Numbered from the stretch's first letter, positions 43,129-54,071 are shown. The stretch is DNA of 64,000 bases from Bdellovibrionales bacterium (GCA_031370005.1 JANMPT010000077.1:32001-96000), one strand, 5' to 3'. Translations and numbers: made by a program. The notes: generated by a model from the sequence alone, not told the origin.

Positions 43129-44390
43129 TCAGCCCTTGCCGTTAATGCCGAAAGCTCCGCGTGTGATTCGTGGTACTCACGGTAAAGGGAAGTTCTGCGT
43201 TCTCTAAATTCGTAGAGCTTTTCAAGCGCATTCATCAAATCCGGGCCATTCTTTACTCCACGAGAATATTCACTTTGGGTAAGTTTTAAGAATTGCTCAG
43301 CCTTCTGTATATCACGATCAGCATCATGCATCAGCTCGTGAAGAAGCTTTAGATCATGTCTTAACTCGTGATCCATTGCCCGCACTTCCCTTAGCTTATG
43401 AGCTGCGCGTTTTTCACTCGCGATTGCCTCGAAGCCCTTGGCTTTCGAATCAAAGCGATTCTCGAGACCTTCGCCCAAATCCAGGGTCAACATAATGCCA
43501 AGGCTGAACTCGCGGTCTTGGCGCAACGCCGTCCCGAACTCGTCATCAAGGCTCGGAACCCCGTATTTAGAATACAGATCGAGTCTTGGGAGCCACCAAC
43601 GCGCGGCCTGTTCTTTCTTAAGTAAGTCGGTCAACTGCATCGACGTAAGTTTTTGAATTTCGAGATTTTGTTTAGGATCTTGGTCGGGGATCTCGACATC
43701 TTCGGGTGGGTGCGGGAAGTCGCCTGTAATCTGAATGTTCTCGTGTTCATCGAGACCAATAGCCACGGCGAGTTGGTTCTTAACTAAGTCTTCTTCAAGC
43801 GTAAGCTTCTTGATGTCCTGATTAAGAAGAGTTTTTTGGAGTTCAAACTCAAGCGTATCCGCATTGGTCGAAACACCTGCTCCGGCGCGACGCCGGGAGC
43901 CCTTAATGTACGTTTCGTTACTTTCCATTGTCTGCCGTTTATCAGCGAGAATTTTAGAGATTGCTAGAAGTCGCCAATAAGCTTGGCGTGCTTCTTTAAG
44001 CTCACTGTTCACTTCGCCTGCGTATTCTGCCTTGGCGCGTTTTTCGTTTGATCGTCTTATTTCATTTTCAAGGCGATCTCGTCCACCACGATAAAGATTC
44101 ACTCTACCGTGAATAGCCCAGTAGTTTTGTTTCTCTGAAGCCGTAGTTCCGGTCTTAAATTCTTCAGAACCTATTGACCCAGAAAACTGTGGAAGAAACG
44201 ACCGGGTCAAATATCCAGTTCGCTCCTTTGAAGCGCTAAGGGAAGCCTCTGCTGCTTGAACGTTTTCATTTCGCTCCTTGATGAGTTTTGGAAGTTCATC
44301 AAAAGAAACGACTCGTTCTGTTGCCCCAAGCGTTTTGAGAGCAAAGAACAAAACAATTAACGGAAGCGAGAGCAGCAGAGGTCTCATCAT
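43125..44390 (-). CDS. TolC family outer-membrane efflux protein
   Basis: Signal peptide, FLPQFS / WLPRLD repeats, NLYRGG, long helices; efflux context. Confidence 0.85.
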   Translation of the reverse strand: MMRPLLLSLPLIVLFFALKTLGATERVVSFDELPKLIKERNENVQAAEASLSASKERTGYLTRSFLPQFSGSIGSEEFKTGTTASEKQNYWAIHGRVNLYRGGRDRLENEIRRSNEKRAKAEYAGEVNSELKEARQAYWRLLAISKILADKRQTMESNETYIKGSRRRAGAGVSTNADTLEFELQKTLLNQDIKKLTLEEDLVKNQLAVAIGLDEHENIQITGDFPHPPEDVEIPDQDPKQNLEIQKLTSMQLTDLLKKEQAARWWLPRLDLYSKYGVPSLDDEFGTALRQDREFSLGIMLTLDLGEGLENRFDSKAKGFEAIASEKRAAHKLREVRAMDHELRHDLKLLHELMHDADRDIQKAEQFLKLTQSEYSRGVKNGPDLMNALEKLYEFRERRTSLYREYHESHAELSALTARAE

Positions 44391-44405
44391 AATTCAATTT
44401 CCCTA

Positions 44406-44858
44406 TTAGTCTAAGTTAGCAAAAGCGGCCAAAAGATCTTTGCCACCTTTTTTAAGGGTCACTTCAACGGTGTAAGGAGCGGTAGCCGATTTTGGCATTG
44501 TGCCTACGAATGCACCGTCTTTTTGTTCAAGTGTGAACTCAGATTTTGCTTTCTTGCCTTTTGCTCCCGACCAAAGCGTTCCGATTGCTTTCGCATCAAA
44601 ACCTTTCAAATCAGCAGGCTTCATTCCGCTTTCATACACGTATAAACGTGTAGTACCGTCAGCAGAGCGAACAAGCTCTGCTTTGTTCAGCGCTTGAGCG
44701 TGCGCTCCCTGACCTGCGTCAGCTTTTGATACAACACTCGCAACTACGCCGCCATACTTACCTGTATCCGAAACTTTTGGGCCGTGGCCCTCGTCATGGG
44801 CTTGCGCCGCAAGTGAAAGACCTAACGCCAAAGCAAAGGTCAAAAACATTTTTCTCAT
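44406..44858 (-). CDS. Exported His-containing small protein, probable metal-binding accessory
   Basis: Signal AQA-HDEGHG, KYGG motif; ATGA overlap with the RND gene. Confidence 0.7.
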   Translation of the reverse strand: MRKMFLTFALALGLSLAAQAHDEGHGPKVSDTGKYGGVVASVVSKADAGQGAHAQALNKAELVRSADGTTRLYVYESGMKPADLKGFDAKAIGTLWSGAKGKKAKSEFTLEQKDGAFVGTMPKSATAPYTVEVTLKKGGKDLLAAFANLD

Positions 44859-47800
44859 TTCCATTCTCCTTGTTGAACTGGTTGTTGTTGGGACTCTAAA
44901 TATTTTGATGCGGCTTTTTTGCCGAATTTTAAAAACACAGTTGGCGTAACGATGAGGTCCAGAAGTGTCGAGGAGATAAGTCCACCGACTATTACGACCG
45001 CTACCGGATACAAGATCTCTTTTCCTGGCTCTCCTTTTGAGAGAAGAAGTGGAATCAAAGCTAAAGCTGCTGTTGAAGCCGTCATCAGAACAGGAACAAG
45101 CCTCTCAAGGGAACCTCGAGTGACCATCTTGGCATCGAATTTTTCTCCCTCTTCCTTCATCAAATGAAGATAATGGCTCAAGAGCAGAATCCCATTTCGA
45201 CTTGCGATCCCGCAAAGAGTGATGAACGCAACGAGAGTCGCAACTGATAGGACTCTTTCGGTCAAATAGATTGCGACAATACTTCCAATGAGCGCGAGTG
45301 GAATGTTCATCATTACTTGTAAGCTCAAAACGTAAGAACGGAAGTGCAAGAATAGAACGAAGAAGATGCCAACCATTGAAAGAAGACCGAGCCAGAAAAT
45401 TCGCTTTGATGCCGTCTGTTGACTTTCAAACTGACCGCCAAGCTTGACGAAGTATCCTTCCGGCAATTTTACCTGCGCGATCTTTTCTTGAATGTCTTTT
45501 ACAGCGCTTCCTAAATCGCGTCCGTGAGTATTAGCTGAAATGACGATCCGTCGCTGCATGTCTTCTTTGTTGACCATGTTTGGACCCGTACCCTGATACA
45601 CGTTTGCAACGTCGCTTAGTCTTATACTTTGTCCTGTGGGCATAAACTTAACTATGGTTTCGCCAATCTTGTCAGGAGTGGACCTAGAAACATCGTCTAG
45701 TCTCAAGAACACATCGTGCATTCGTTGATTCTCAAGGAACTGACTTACTGCTTCTCCGTTAAGGGCCACTTCGAGGTCTTCGGCAAGTGTTCCGCTGCGG
45801 AGACCAAACTTCGACGCGCCCTCGCGATCAATTGCGATCTTCAATTGCGGTATTAAAACGAGTGGCTCGGTCTGAAGATCAACTAATCCTGAAACACCTT
45901 TGAGCGAATCTTGAATCTCTCCGCCTAGGCGCCTTAGCTCACTCAAATCAGGTCCAAATATTTTCACTGCGATCTGCGCACGCACTCCTGATAAAAGATG
46001 ATCTAGCCTGTGGCTAATGGGTTGACCGAGATTCACATACACATCGCCAGTGTTTTCAATTCGTTCTCGAATTTCTTGAAGGACAACTTGGCGCGGACGC
46101 CCACCTTCCTTGAAGTCGACATCAATCTCGTGCCAGTGAACTCCTTCGGCATGTTCATCCATCTCGGCACGACCGGTACGACGCACAGTCGATTTTGCTT
46201 CAGGCACACTCAAGATTGCTTCTTCGATCTTAATCCCGAGCTCGTCGGAAACTTTGAGAGATATTCCAGGAAACGCAGCAACACCGATTGTTGCCGTGCC
46301 TTCATTAAAGTTCGGAAGAAAGTTTCTTCCCATCAGAGGCAGCAAAGCCAATGAGCCAACCAAAAGTAGGACTGCGCCTGCAATGACAATGTTTGCTCGA
46401 GGAAGCGTCAATTTCAGAACAGACAACGCCAGTCGTTTAAGTCCTCGAACTAGCGCACCATCTTTTTCCTCGTGCACGGCCTTCGATTGCGGTAGCAAAT
46501 ATGAGCAAAGGACCGGCGTAATTGTAATCGACACCATGAGCGAGGCGATGATCGAAACAATGTAAGCCACTCCGAGTGGCACGAAGAGTCGCCCTTCAAT
46601 TCCACCCAGGGCAAAAAGTGGAATAAAGACCAATACCACGATGACAGTTGAAAGAACGATAGAGTTTCTAACTTCAGCTGATGCTTCATAAATTACGCGT
46701 AAGTATCCTTTCGGAGACCCTGCGGCCTGGTTTTCTTTAAGCCTTCTGAAAACGTTTTCAACGTCGACAATCGCATCATCAACAAGTTCACCGATAGCAA
46801 TTGCAAGACCACCCAATGTCATCGTGTTGATACTAAGGCCCATTAAATAGAAAACGATTGCAGTAACTACGAGGCTCAGTGGGATTGCGACAAGCGTAAT
46901 CGCTGTCGTTCTGAAATTCATAAGGAAGAGAAAGAGAATAATCGCAACCATAATAACGCCGTCACGGAGCGCATGAACGACGTTCGTAATCGCGGCATCA
47001 ATAAAGTGTGACTGCCTAAAAAGATCAGTTTCTAACTTCATGCCTTCGGGCAGAGTCTTTTTAATTTCGATAAGCTCTTTGTCAATCGCAGCCGTGAGAT
47101 CGACAGTGCTTGCGGAAGGCTGTTTCTGCACAGTGAGAATAACAGAGTGCTTGGCGTTGATACTTCCTTCGCCGCGTTTTGCTTTTGCGCCGATACGCAC
47201 ATCGGCTACGTCTCTCACATAGACTGGTTGACCGAAATGCAAGCCCACAAGGGAGTTCTGAATATCCTCTAGACTTGTGATCCGCCCCATTGGACGGATC
47301 AGATATTCTTTGTCGCCAACGTCAATAAATCCGCCGGTCGTGTTTTCGCTTATTTCTGCGAGCGCGTGTTTTAATTCTTCGAGTGAGATACCTCGCTTTT
47401 GAAGTTTCTCGCTCGACACGAGGATTTGGTATTGTTTAACTTCGCCACCCATGACGACGACCTGACTGATTCCAGGAATTGTCATAAGTCTTGGTCTCAA
47501 TGACCAATCTGCGAGCGTTCGCATATCCATCGGAGAAACTTTTCCCTCTGGGCTTGTGAGTCCTACGAATTGAATTTCTCCCATAATTGAAGTGACCGGT
47601 CCCATAATCGGCAACATACCCGATGGCAATCGACCTTGCAGGAGCTGAAGTCGTTCCGCTACCAACTGGCGGTTTTGGAATATCTCAGTGCCCCAGTCAA
47701 ACTCGACATAGACAATTGAAATCCCGATACCGCTACTGGAGCGAATGCGAAGCACACCGGGTGTACCGTTGAGAACGGTTTCTACCGGAAGCGTAACTAA

Positions 47801-47989
47801 GGTTTCAACTTCCTCTGGTGCAAGCCCATGCGCCTCAGTCAGTACCGTAACAGTCGGCCTGTTCAAGTTCGGAAAGACGTCGACCGGAAGCTTTGGCACA
47901 AGCCACGAACCGTAGATCGTCGTCGCAATCGCAAACACCATTATAAGGAGACGATGTCTTAATGAAAAATGTATGAGTGAATCGAGCAT
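44855..47989 (-). CDS. Heavy-metal RND efflux permease (CzcA/CusA family)
   Basis: PVDVFP, GELVDDAIVDVEN, GIEGRLF, RTGRAEMDEHAEG, ERLVPVLMTA. Confidence 0.93.
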   Translation of the reverse strand: MLDSLIHFSLRHRLLIMVFAIATTIYGSWLVPKLPVDVFPNLNRPTVTVLTEAHGLAPEEVETLVTLPVETVLNGTPGVLRIRSSSGIGISIVYVEFDWGTEIFQNRQLVAERLQLLQGRLPSGMLPIMGPVTSIMGEIQFVGLTSPEGKVSPMDMRTLADWSLRPRLMTIPGISQVVVMGGEVKQYQILVSSEKLQKRGISLEELKHALAEISENTTGGFIDVGDKEYLIRPMGRITSLEDIQNSLVGLHFGQPVYVRDVADVRIGAKAKRGEGSINAKHSVILTVQKQPSASTVDLTAAIDKELIEIKKTLPEGMKLETDLFRQSHFIDAAITNVVHALRDGVIMVAIILFLFLMNFRTTAITLVAIPLSLVVTAIVFYLMGLSINTMTLGGLAIAIGELVDDAIVDVENVFRRLKENQAAGSPKGYLRVIYEASAEVRNSIVLSTVIVVLVFIPLFALGGIEGRLFVPLGVAYIVSIIASLMVSITITPVLCSYLLPQSKAVHEEKDGALVRGLKRLALSVLKLTLPRANIVIAGAVLLLVGSLALLPLMGRNFLPNFNEGTATIGVAAFPGISLKVSDELGIKIEEAILSVPEAKSTVRRTGRAEMDEHAEGVHWHEIDVDFKEGGRPRQVVLQEIRERIENTGDVYVNLGQPISHRLDHLLSGVRAQIAVKIFGPDLSELRRLGGEIQDSLKGVSGLVDLQTEPLVLIPQLKIAIDREGASKFGLRSGTLAEDLEVALNGEAVSQFLENQRMHDVFLRLDDVSRSTPDKIGETIVKFMPTGQSIRLSDVANVYQGTGPNMVNKEDMQRRIVISANTHGRDLGSAVKDIQEKIAQVKLPEGYFVKLGGQFESQQTASKRIFWLGLLSMVGIFFVLFLHFRSYVLSLQVMMNIPLALIGSIVAIYLTERVLSVATLVAFITLCGIASRNGILLLSHYLHLMKEEGEKFDAKMVTRGSLERLVPVLMTASTAALALIPLLLSKGEPGKEILYPVAVVIVGGLISSTLLDLIVTPTVFLKFGKKAASKYLESQQQPVQQGEWK

Positions 47990-48087
47990 CTCGACCTTTC
48001 AAGTGACTAACTCGTAAGAAATTAGATCTGTCAGATTTTTTTACTGGAAGGCTGGGGACAGGACTCACCTATCCCGTGAGAATAGAA

Positions 48088-48465
48088 CTAAACGATAGGC
48101 GGTCGGAATATCCCGAACAGCGCGGGGCTTTTGGGAGGCGACTGATTGCTAACTGAAAATTTGATTTGCCCGTCGTCAATCCTAACGACGCTTAAAACTA
48201 CATTCGATGCCAAAAAGACTGCGTGACCACCGCCAACTAAAACTTCATGGCTATGTGACGTTCCACCATGCGGATCAGTAGAACCTTGAGGGGACTCTGT
48301 CTCTGAATTTGAAGTTTCATCGTTATGATGATGGTCATCAGAATGGGCATGGGTATGCGTGATTTTAACAATAGAAACTGCATAGTCCCACGGCACATTC
48401 GAACCAACGAATGAAATGACGTAAGAAAATAGGAGAATCAAAGTTAAGATTTTCTGCACCTCCAA
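48088..48465 (-). CDS. His-rich small protein (CzcI-like position)
   Basis: Hydrophobic N-terminus, HTHAHSDDHHH, HSH, terminal FRPPI. Confidence 0.65.
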   Translation of the reverse strand: MEVQKILTLILLFSYVISFVGSNVPWDYAVSIVKITHTHAHSDDHHHNDETSNSETESPQGSTDPHGGTSHSHEVLVGGGHAVFLASNVVLSVVRIDDGQIKFSVSNQSPPKSPALFGIFRPPIV

Positions 48466-48552
48466 TATTATTCAAAGAATTCCTAGCGATAACAATAAGT
48501 TTATATGCTATCAACTCTATAGCCGCGCTGTTCCAGTCCAGCATCCAGGCAT

Positions 48553-48790
48553 TCAATCGGAAACAATCGACTTAATCGCCGCAATGGAATCATTGGTCAG
48601 CTCGAATCCGACATAGTGCTGCTGGCAAACCGATAGCGTGTTTCCTAAAGACTGAGCTAGAAGACTCATCGAAACCCCTTTGGATAAGAGGTTGATCGCA
48701 TAGCAATGTCTTAGCGCATGAAAGGTCAGATACTTTGAGGAGTCATTTGGAAACGCAATCATGCAATATTTTTTCATCAGCTCGCGCGAC
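48553..48790 (-). pseudogene. C-terminal remnant of a tyrosine recombinase/integrase
   Basis: FHALRHCYA...QSLGN...HY catalytic end only. Confidence 0.75.
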
Positions 48791-49084
48791 GACTCAAGTC
48801 GGTCGATACCTTCCAATCAATGTTAGAATCATCGGTGAAGAAATAGTTAGGAACATTCCAAACAAGACATGCAACCAGCAGATAAGAAGGCACTTTACCA
48901 GCCGAAGCGCCTCCGTCTTCCTTCATCTGAGCAGTGATGGCCTATTGGCGCTAGCCAGCATGCCATAATCAACCAATGTACATTTAACTGTGATATACTC
49001 ACTTCGTCAATCGACAGAAAACTGATAAGAAGGTTCAGGTTGAGCGACATCAGGCGGACACTAATATCAAAGATAAGAGAGAGG

Positions 49085-49180
49085 GAAGCCCATCAAGGAC
49101 GCCTATGGGTAAGCTCAAAGCTCGGCAGTGGAAGCGCTTTCAATTTTACGATTCCGCACCTGTCGGATCTGAAGGAATAG
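49085..49180 (+). pseudogene. C-terminal remnant of a histidine kinase
   Basis: Hand translation EAHQGRLWVSSKLGSGSAFNFTIPHLSDLKE*. Confidence 0.6.
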
Positions 49181-49183
49181 GTT

Positions 49184-50335
49184 ATGCTTCACGAATTTCT
49201 CTTAAAAAATGAACAAGAAATTTTAGCGATGGCTGAAAAGAAAACTCTCGCCTTGGCAGGTGTTCGCCCCAGCTCCGAGCAGCTCAAGAAGGGCCTTCCG
49301 ATTTTTTATAAACAGCTTTTGACCGTGTTGCTTCTCAATCGCGGGCATACGCCGGGTTCAGAATTGGATCAAGAAGGTATGGCGAAGGCCGCAGCAGAGA
49401 GCGATGAGCCCGCAATGGCAATGGCCGCCGGACGCCCAGACGATGCAGCCGTTGCAAAATCAGCCGGACTTCACGGTACGGAACTCCTTCGCCTTGGTTA
49501 TACCCTTTCCCATGTTGTGCATGCGTACGGTGCAATGTGCCAGTCCATTACCGAACTTGCTACAGTCAAAAACATTATCATTGCCTCCGGCGAATTCCGT
49601 GACCTCAACCTTTGTTTAGATGTCGCAATTGCCGGTGCGGTCACGGAGTATCAATCAATAAGAAATACCCAAGAAAGCAGTCGAGAGGTCGAACACCTCG
49701 GATTTTTGGCTCACGAACTTCGGAACGCAATCGGCACCGTGAAGATGTCAATTGAACTAATTAAAGTCGGCACAGTCGGTTTTGGTGGAAGTACAGGACA
49801 GGTATTGGATCGAGGTGTGAAACGCATTGAAGACCTCATCGATCGTTCGCTGACGGAGGTCCGCCTTCGCGTGGATCCATCGGTTCGCAAAGAATCTGTA
49901 TCGTTGCTACAAATTGTAAACCAACTTATGGTGACTGCGGAAATTGAGGCTCAATCAAAAAATCAAATTCTAGAAATAGATATTAATCCAACTTTAGTTG
50001 CCGAAGCAGACCAACAGCTCGTTTACTCTGCAGTATCTAATCTTATTCAAAATGCACTTAAATACACGCATCCCGGAGGGAAAATTCAGGTGCGAGGAAC
50101 TCTCACTGGAAAAAATATCGTCATTGAAGTTGAAGATGAATGCGGTGGTCTTTCGGATCGCGCATCGGATCTCTTTAAACCTTTTGAGCAGCAGCATGAA
50201 AATCGAAAAGGGCTTGGCCTAGGCCTTACCATAGCCCAAAAGGCGGTTAATCTTAACAACGGCACCATAGGTGTGCGAAACCTTCCTGGAAAAGGTTGTG
50301 TATTCACAATTACATTGCCTAAAAAATTAAGCTAA
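49184..50335 (+). CDS. Soluble sensor histidine kinase with helical N-terminal domain
   Basis: LAHELRN, NLIQNALKY, DECGG, GLGLGL; HG..L...GY...VV motif. Confidence 0.88.
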   Translation: MLHEFLLKNEQEILAMAEKKTLALAGVRPSSEQLKKGLPIFYKQLLTVLLLNRGHTPGSELDQEGMAKAAAESDEPAMAMAAGRPDDAAVAKSAGLHGTELLRLGYTLSHVVHAYGAMCQSITELATVKNIIIASGEFRDLNLCLDVAIAGAVTEYQSIRNTQESSREVEHLGFLAHELRNAIGTVKMSIELIKVGTVGFGGSTGQVLDRGVKRIEDLIDRSLTEVRLRVDPSVRKESVSLLQIVNQLMVTAEIEAQSKNQILEIDINPTLVAEADQQLVYSAVSNLIQNALKYTHPGGKIQVRGTLTGKNIVIEVEDECGGLSDRASDLFKPFEQQHENRKGLGLGLTIAQKAVNLNNGTIGVRNLPGKGCVFTITLPKKLS

Positions 50336-50594
50336 CCAGAGGCAAAGAAAAGTTTCTAACCACCGATTGAATATAAATTATATGTAGAAGCCTGGTATCC
50401 ACCGACAACCGCTCTAGCTTCTTGCGCTCCTGGGCTTTGCAACAAATATATAAGGCCTGGGCCAACAGTGCAGTTTATACTGTTAATTCACATGACAATT
50501 CGCAAAAATATGTTCCACGTATACTAAGCGACTTGCCTCCAGCGCCAATGCCAACCAAAATGCCGATAGAAATATCGACGGTGGGTGAGCGTAT

Positions 50595-51860
50595 ATGAAG
50601 ATCATTAAGCTAGTTCTCTCAATCACTATTTGCATTACTTCTTTGGCTTTAACCCAGCAAATCATCACTGTCTCCATCGCCAATCAACGCTACAAGCAAG
50701 ACGCTGCCGAGATCAATCATATCAAATACGGTCTTTTTAGTGTGAATCAGTGGAAAGAAAAAATTTCACAAATTGTGATCAGCGAGATCAATAAGCTGAA
50801 GCTCACCAACGCCAATGAACAGCAATTAAAAAAGCACATTGAAGCTCAGCTTGACGTTCTCATCGACAAAGTCGATGAGAACATCAAGGAAGCCAACAAA
50901 GGCTCTGTCAAAGGACACGTGAAGCAGTTCTTTTTTAACTCCTTTATTGATATCAAAAAGATCAAAGAAGGTATTCCTGATTATGCCGAAGCCATGATGG
51001 AAGAGATGAAAAAAACCAAGACTCAGAAACAAATCAAAGGCATGGTGAAACAAAAGGTCGAACAGTATTTAGATAAAACGTATGAGGATCAGGATCTATC
51101 AAAAGTAAATCGCATCATTGAAAGGACTGGCACCACCGACATTGATCTTGCCCGCGCCAAGCTCCATGAAGAGATCAAATCCAATCAGCTCTATATTTTC
51201 AGACTCAGTGCGATCCTGATTGCTTTAGCGGTGATCCTCTTTGCGATGTCAGGATTTAGCGAGGCGCCCTTGCCTGCGCCACAATTTATTTTAATGCTAG
51301 TGATGCTGCTCGCATTGCTATTGTCTGGAGTCACAACGCCAATGATTGACCTTGAGGCGAAGATTTCAAAGATGAGCCTCGTACTTTTAGATCACCATCT
51401 TGTTTTCGAAAATCAGGTTTTGTATTTCCAAAGTAAAAGTATCATGGATGTCTTTGAAATTATGATCCATCACAAGGACCTCGAAATGAAGGCTGTAGGA
51501 ATTCTGATGGTCATGTTCAGCATCGCATTTCCCCTGCTTAAAATACTTTCTTGTCTTGGCTATTACTATAGCAACAAAGCGCGCGAAAATAAGTTGATTC
51601 AGTTTTTTGTCTTAAAGTCGGGAAAATGGTCAATGGCCGACGTGCTTGTCATTGCTATATTTATGGCTTACATCGGATTTAACGGAATCATTTCAAATCA
51701 GTTTGATAAGTTCAGTTCAGTCAGTGATAACCTGGAGCTTTTAACCACCAATGGGACTTCACTGCAGCCGGGCTTCTATATCTTCTTCACTTATGCTGTT
51801 TTAGCCCTTTTCTTGTCGGGATTCTTAGCCAAGAGAAATACCAAATCTGAATCAAAGTAA
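50595..51860 (+). CDS. Extended PqiA-family membrane protein
   Basis: QSKSI, FSIAFPLLK, GKWSMADVLVIAI, LQPGFY. Confidence 0.75.
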   Translation: MKIIKLVLSITICITSLALTQQIITVSIANQRYKQDAAEINHIKYGLFSVNQWKEKISQIVISEINKLKLTNANEQQLKKHIEAQLDVLIDKVDENIKEANKGSVKGHVKQFFFNSFIDIKKIKEGIPDYAEAMMEEMKKTKTQKQIKGMVKQKVEQYLDKTYEDQDLSKVNRIIERTGTTDIDLARAKLHEEIKSNQLYIFRLSAILIALAVILFAMSGFSEAPLPAPQFILMLVMLLALLLSGVTTPMIDLEAKISKMSLVLLDHHLVFENQVLYFQSKSIMDVFEIMIHHKDLEMKAVGILMVMFSIAFPLLKILSCLGYYYSNKARENKLIQFFVLKSGKWSMADVLVIAIFMAYIGFNGIISNQFDKFSSVSDNLELLTTNGTSLQPGFYIFFTYAVLALFLSGFLAKRNTKSESK

Positions 51861-51879
51861 TGCTCGCCAAATAAACTAT

Positions 51880-52050
51880 TTACCAGGGTATTTCCCTTCC
51901 CGTAAAATCAAAAAATTTTCCAGTGTAGGACTTGCCTTGTTTTCCCGCGTTATCAATTAGTTTCCAGATCCCGGCTGCCGAATCTTTAGGTTCAACAAGT
52001 GCGGAAGCTCCGCCCATGTCTGTCTTAACCCAGCCCGGGTGAACCACGAA
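51880..52050 (-). pseudogene. C-terminal remnant of a CsgA-like short-chain dehydrogenase
   Basis: VVHPGWVKTDMGG...GKFFDFTGREIPW with no Rossmann or catalytic part. Confidence 0.75.
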
Positions 52051-52143
52051 GGTCGAAAGCCAAGCGATTAATCTTGTTAAAATACCGTATTGCGGTTTTG
52101 CCGTAATTCGGTTATATTGATTGTACTTGAAGGGAGTCCTTTT

Positions 52144-52383
52144 ATGGGAGCCAAAAGAAAAGCCACATTCTATGTCGATGAATCCGTTCACAAAGCTTTA
52201 AGACTTAAAGCCGCAAATGACGATGTTTCCCCTTCTGATCTTTTGAATCAGCTCTTGGCTGTAGATTTGGCGGAGTATCTGGAAGACCTCGAGGACGTAG
52301 CCGCCGTTAACGCCCGTCAAAAGGAACGAGGCAAAGGCATTCCTCTTGAACAATTCGTAAAAAAGCTGAGAAAGAATGGCTAA
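52144..52383 (+). CDS. Ribbon-helix-helix antitoxin
   Basis: KRKATFYVDESVHKALRLKAA, acidic EDLED; overlaps the toxin start. Confidence 0.8.
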   Translation: MGAKRKATFYVDESVHKALRLKAANDDVSPSDLLNQLLAVDLAEYLEDLEDVAAVNARQKERGKGIPLEQFVKKLRKNG

Positions 52384-52633
52384 GTACTCCGTTCTTATCC
52401 AACCCTCCGCACAAAAAGAGATCGAACGACTTCCAAAACCCGCGCAGAACAAAGTCCTAAAGGCTTTGGTTGCTCTTGGTGACAACCCACGCCCTGCGAG
52501 TTGTAAAAAGTTAGTCGGCACCGATGCTTGGCGAGTACGAGTTGGAGAATACAGAATTGTATACTGGGTAGAAGACAACGTACTTAGCGTCGAAGTCATA
52601 AAGGTTGCGCACCGCAAAGATGTCTACCGCTGA
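52376..52633 (+). CDS. RelE/ParE family toxin
   Basis: NPRP..CKKL.G, WRVRVGEYRIVY, HRKDVYR. Confidence 0.9.
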   Translation: MAKYSVLIQPSAQKEIERLPKPAQNKVLKALVALGDNPRPASCKKLVGTDAWRVRVGEYRIVYWVEDNVLSVEVIKVAHRKDVYR

Positions 52634-52648
52634 TTTATTCCGCTACGC

Positions 52649-52897
52649 TCAGTGGTCTTTGGATTTTTTTCTAGCAACTTGCGCGCTAAAAAACTTTTTA
52701 TCTTTTTCCAACCAAAAGTAATCTTGCACCGTCGAGTTCAGCAGATCTTCGTTTACCCAGAAGTAACCAGGACTGCTTTTATCACATTCTACGTTCATTC
52801 CTTCGTACTGCTTGCAATTGGGGCCATGCGAGTCACGCACCAGATAGCGGCAAGTCCCCGAAGCCACATCATATTTTCTACCGACAAGGATGCTCTC
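52649..52897 (-). pseudogene. C-terminal remnant resembling a papain-like (C1) peptidase
   Basis: SILVGRKYD...CRYLVRDSHG.NC...GYFWV; in-frame stop just upstream. Confidence 0.5.
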
Positions 52898-52988
52898 CTT
52901 CTAGCCCGAAGGTTTTCTTGTTCGCCTTATCGTTTAAGCTCTGCAGCAGCTCTGCCGTATCTATTGATCCGAGATCGGATTTTAAGAA

Positions 52989-54071
52989 TCAAGACCGCAT
53001 CCGATACCTCATGCCACGCCCAACGCCTTCTTTCTCAAGGTGACCATCATTCACTAAGTTTCTGAAATGAACTTTCACGGTATTGCGGTTAGCGCCAGTG
53101 GCGGCCACGGCCTCACCGATAGAGGTTGGTCCACGGCTTTTGATGAATTCAATGATCTGCAGAGATAAGGGCGGCATTTTGGTCGCCGCCAATTCATCTT
53201 TCATCTTGGCTTCGAGCGCGGCCTTTTGTTTCTGCATGGACTTGAGAAAGAACTCCAGCCAGTCGTTCACGCCACCGGACTTAATTTTTGTTTTACTTTT
53301 TGTCTTTACATTGAACTGTTCGAGTTCTGCCTGCCCACGGCGCAGAGCCAGATAGCAGGAATCTTTGTTCTCCTCGATAACCCGTTCAAAAGAACTGTAG
53401 GGCACGTAGCTATATCCCAGCTGCAAGAGCAGTAACGTCGTGAGCGCACGCGATAGACGACCATTGCCGTCCTGAAAAGGATGGATGTGCAGGAACACGA
53501 CCACGAACACGGCAATCACAAGCAGCGGGTGCAATTCTTTGCGAGTGATTTGCGTGTTAGTCCATTCGATTAGTTCAGTCATCAAGCCTGGGGTATCAAG
53601 CGGTGCTGCTGTATGGAAGATCACACCTTTGCTTTTGCCATCAGGGCCGAATGCTTCCACACTATTTGCGAACTTCTTGTAATCGCCCCGGTGCCGATCA
53701 TCTTTGGTACTATATTTCAGTAGAATGCTGTGCAGTTGCTTGATGTGGTTCTCGGTAAACGGAATATCTTTGAAAGACGCAAAGATCATCTCCATCAGTT
53801 CCGCATAACCGGCGACCTCTTGCTCATCTCGGGATTTGAGTGAGTATGTTTTCACCCCACGAAGTAGGGCTTCTACTTCAGAGTTGGTGAGCCTCACACC
53901 TTCGATACGGGTGCTGGATCCGACGGATTCGATGGTGGCCACTTGGCGAAGTGCGGCCAGTCTGTCAGGCGCTAATGCCTGAGTAGTCGCCCACCGGCCT
54001 TTGAACTCATCAAGCTCGCCGATAAGATTTGTGATTTCTTTGGGTATTAGGTTTATCTTGGGTGCTCTCAT
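52989..54071 (-). CDS. Fic family protein with C-terminal winged HTH
   Basis: HPFQDGNGRLSR, N-terminal SSTRIEG inhibitory motif, C-terminal HTH ending G.GRG.RY. Confidence 0.92.
   Translation of the reverse strand: MRAPKINLIPKEITNLIGELDEFKGRWATTQALAPDRLAALRQVATIESVGSSTRIEGVRLTNSEVEALLRGVKTYSLKSRDEQEVAGYAELMEMIFASFKDIPFTENHIKQLHSILLKYSTKDDRHRGDYKKFANSVEAFGPDGKSKGVIFHTAAPLDTPGLMTELIEWTNTQITRKELHPLLVIAVFVVVFLHIHPFQDGNGRLSRALTTLLLLQLGYSYVPYSSFERVIEENKDSCYLALRRGQAELEQFNVKTKSKTKIKSGGVNDWLEFFLKSMQKQKAALEAKMKDELAATKMPPLSLQIIEFIKSRGPTSIGEAVAATGANRNTVKVHFRNLVNDGHLEKEGVGRGMRYRMRS

Noticed and set aside
50550..50570. GCCGATAG as a sigma-28 promoter for the PqiA-like gene
   Set aside because: No acceptable -35 element at the expected spacing
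51880..52191. 103-aa ORF as an intact gene
   Set aside because: Only the last ~55 aa resemble an SDR; the rest is antisense to the antitoxin region
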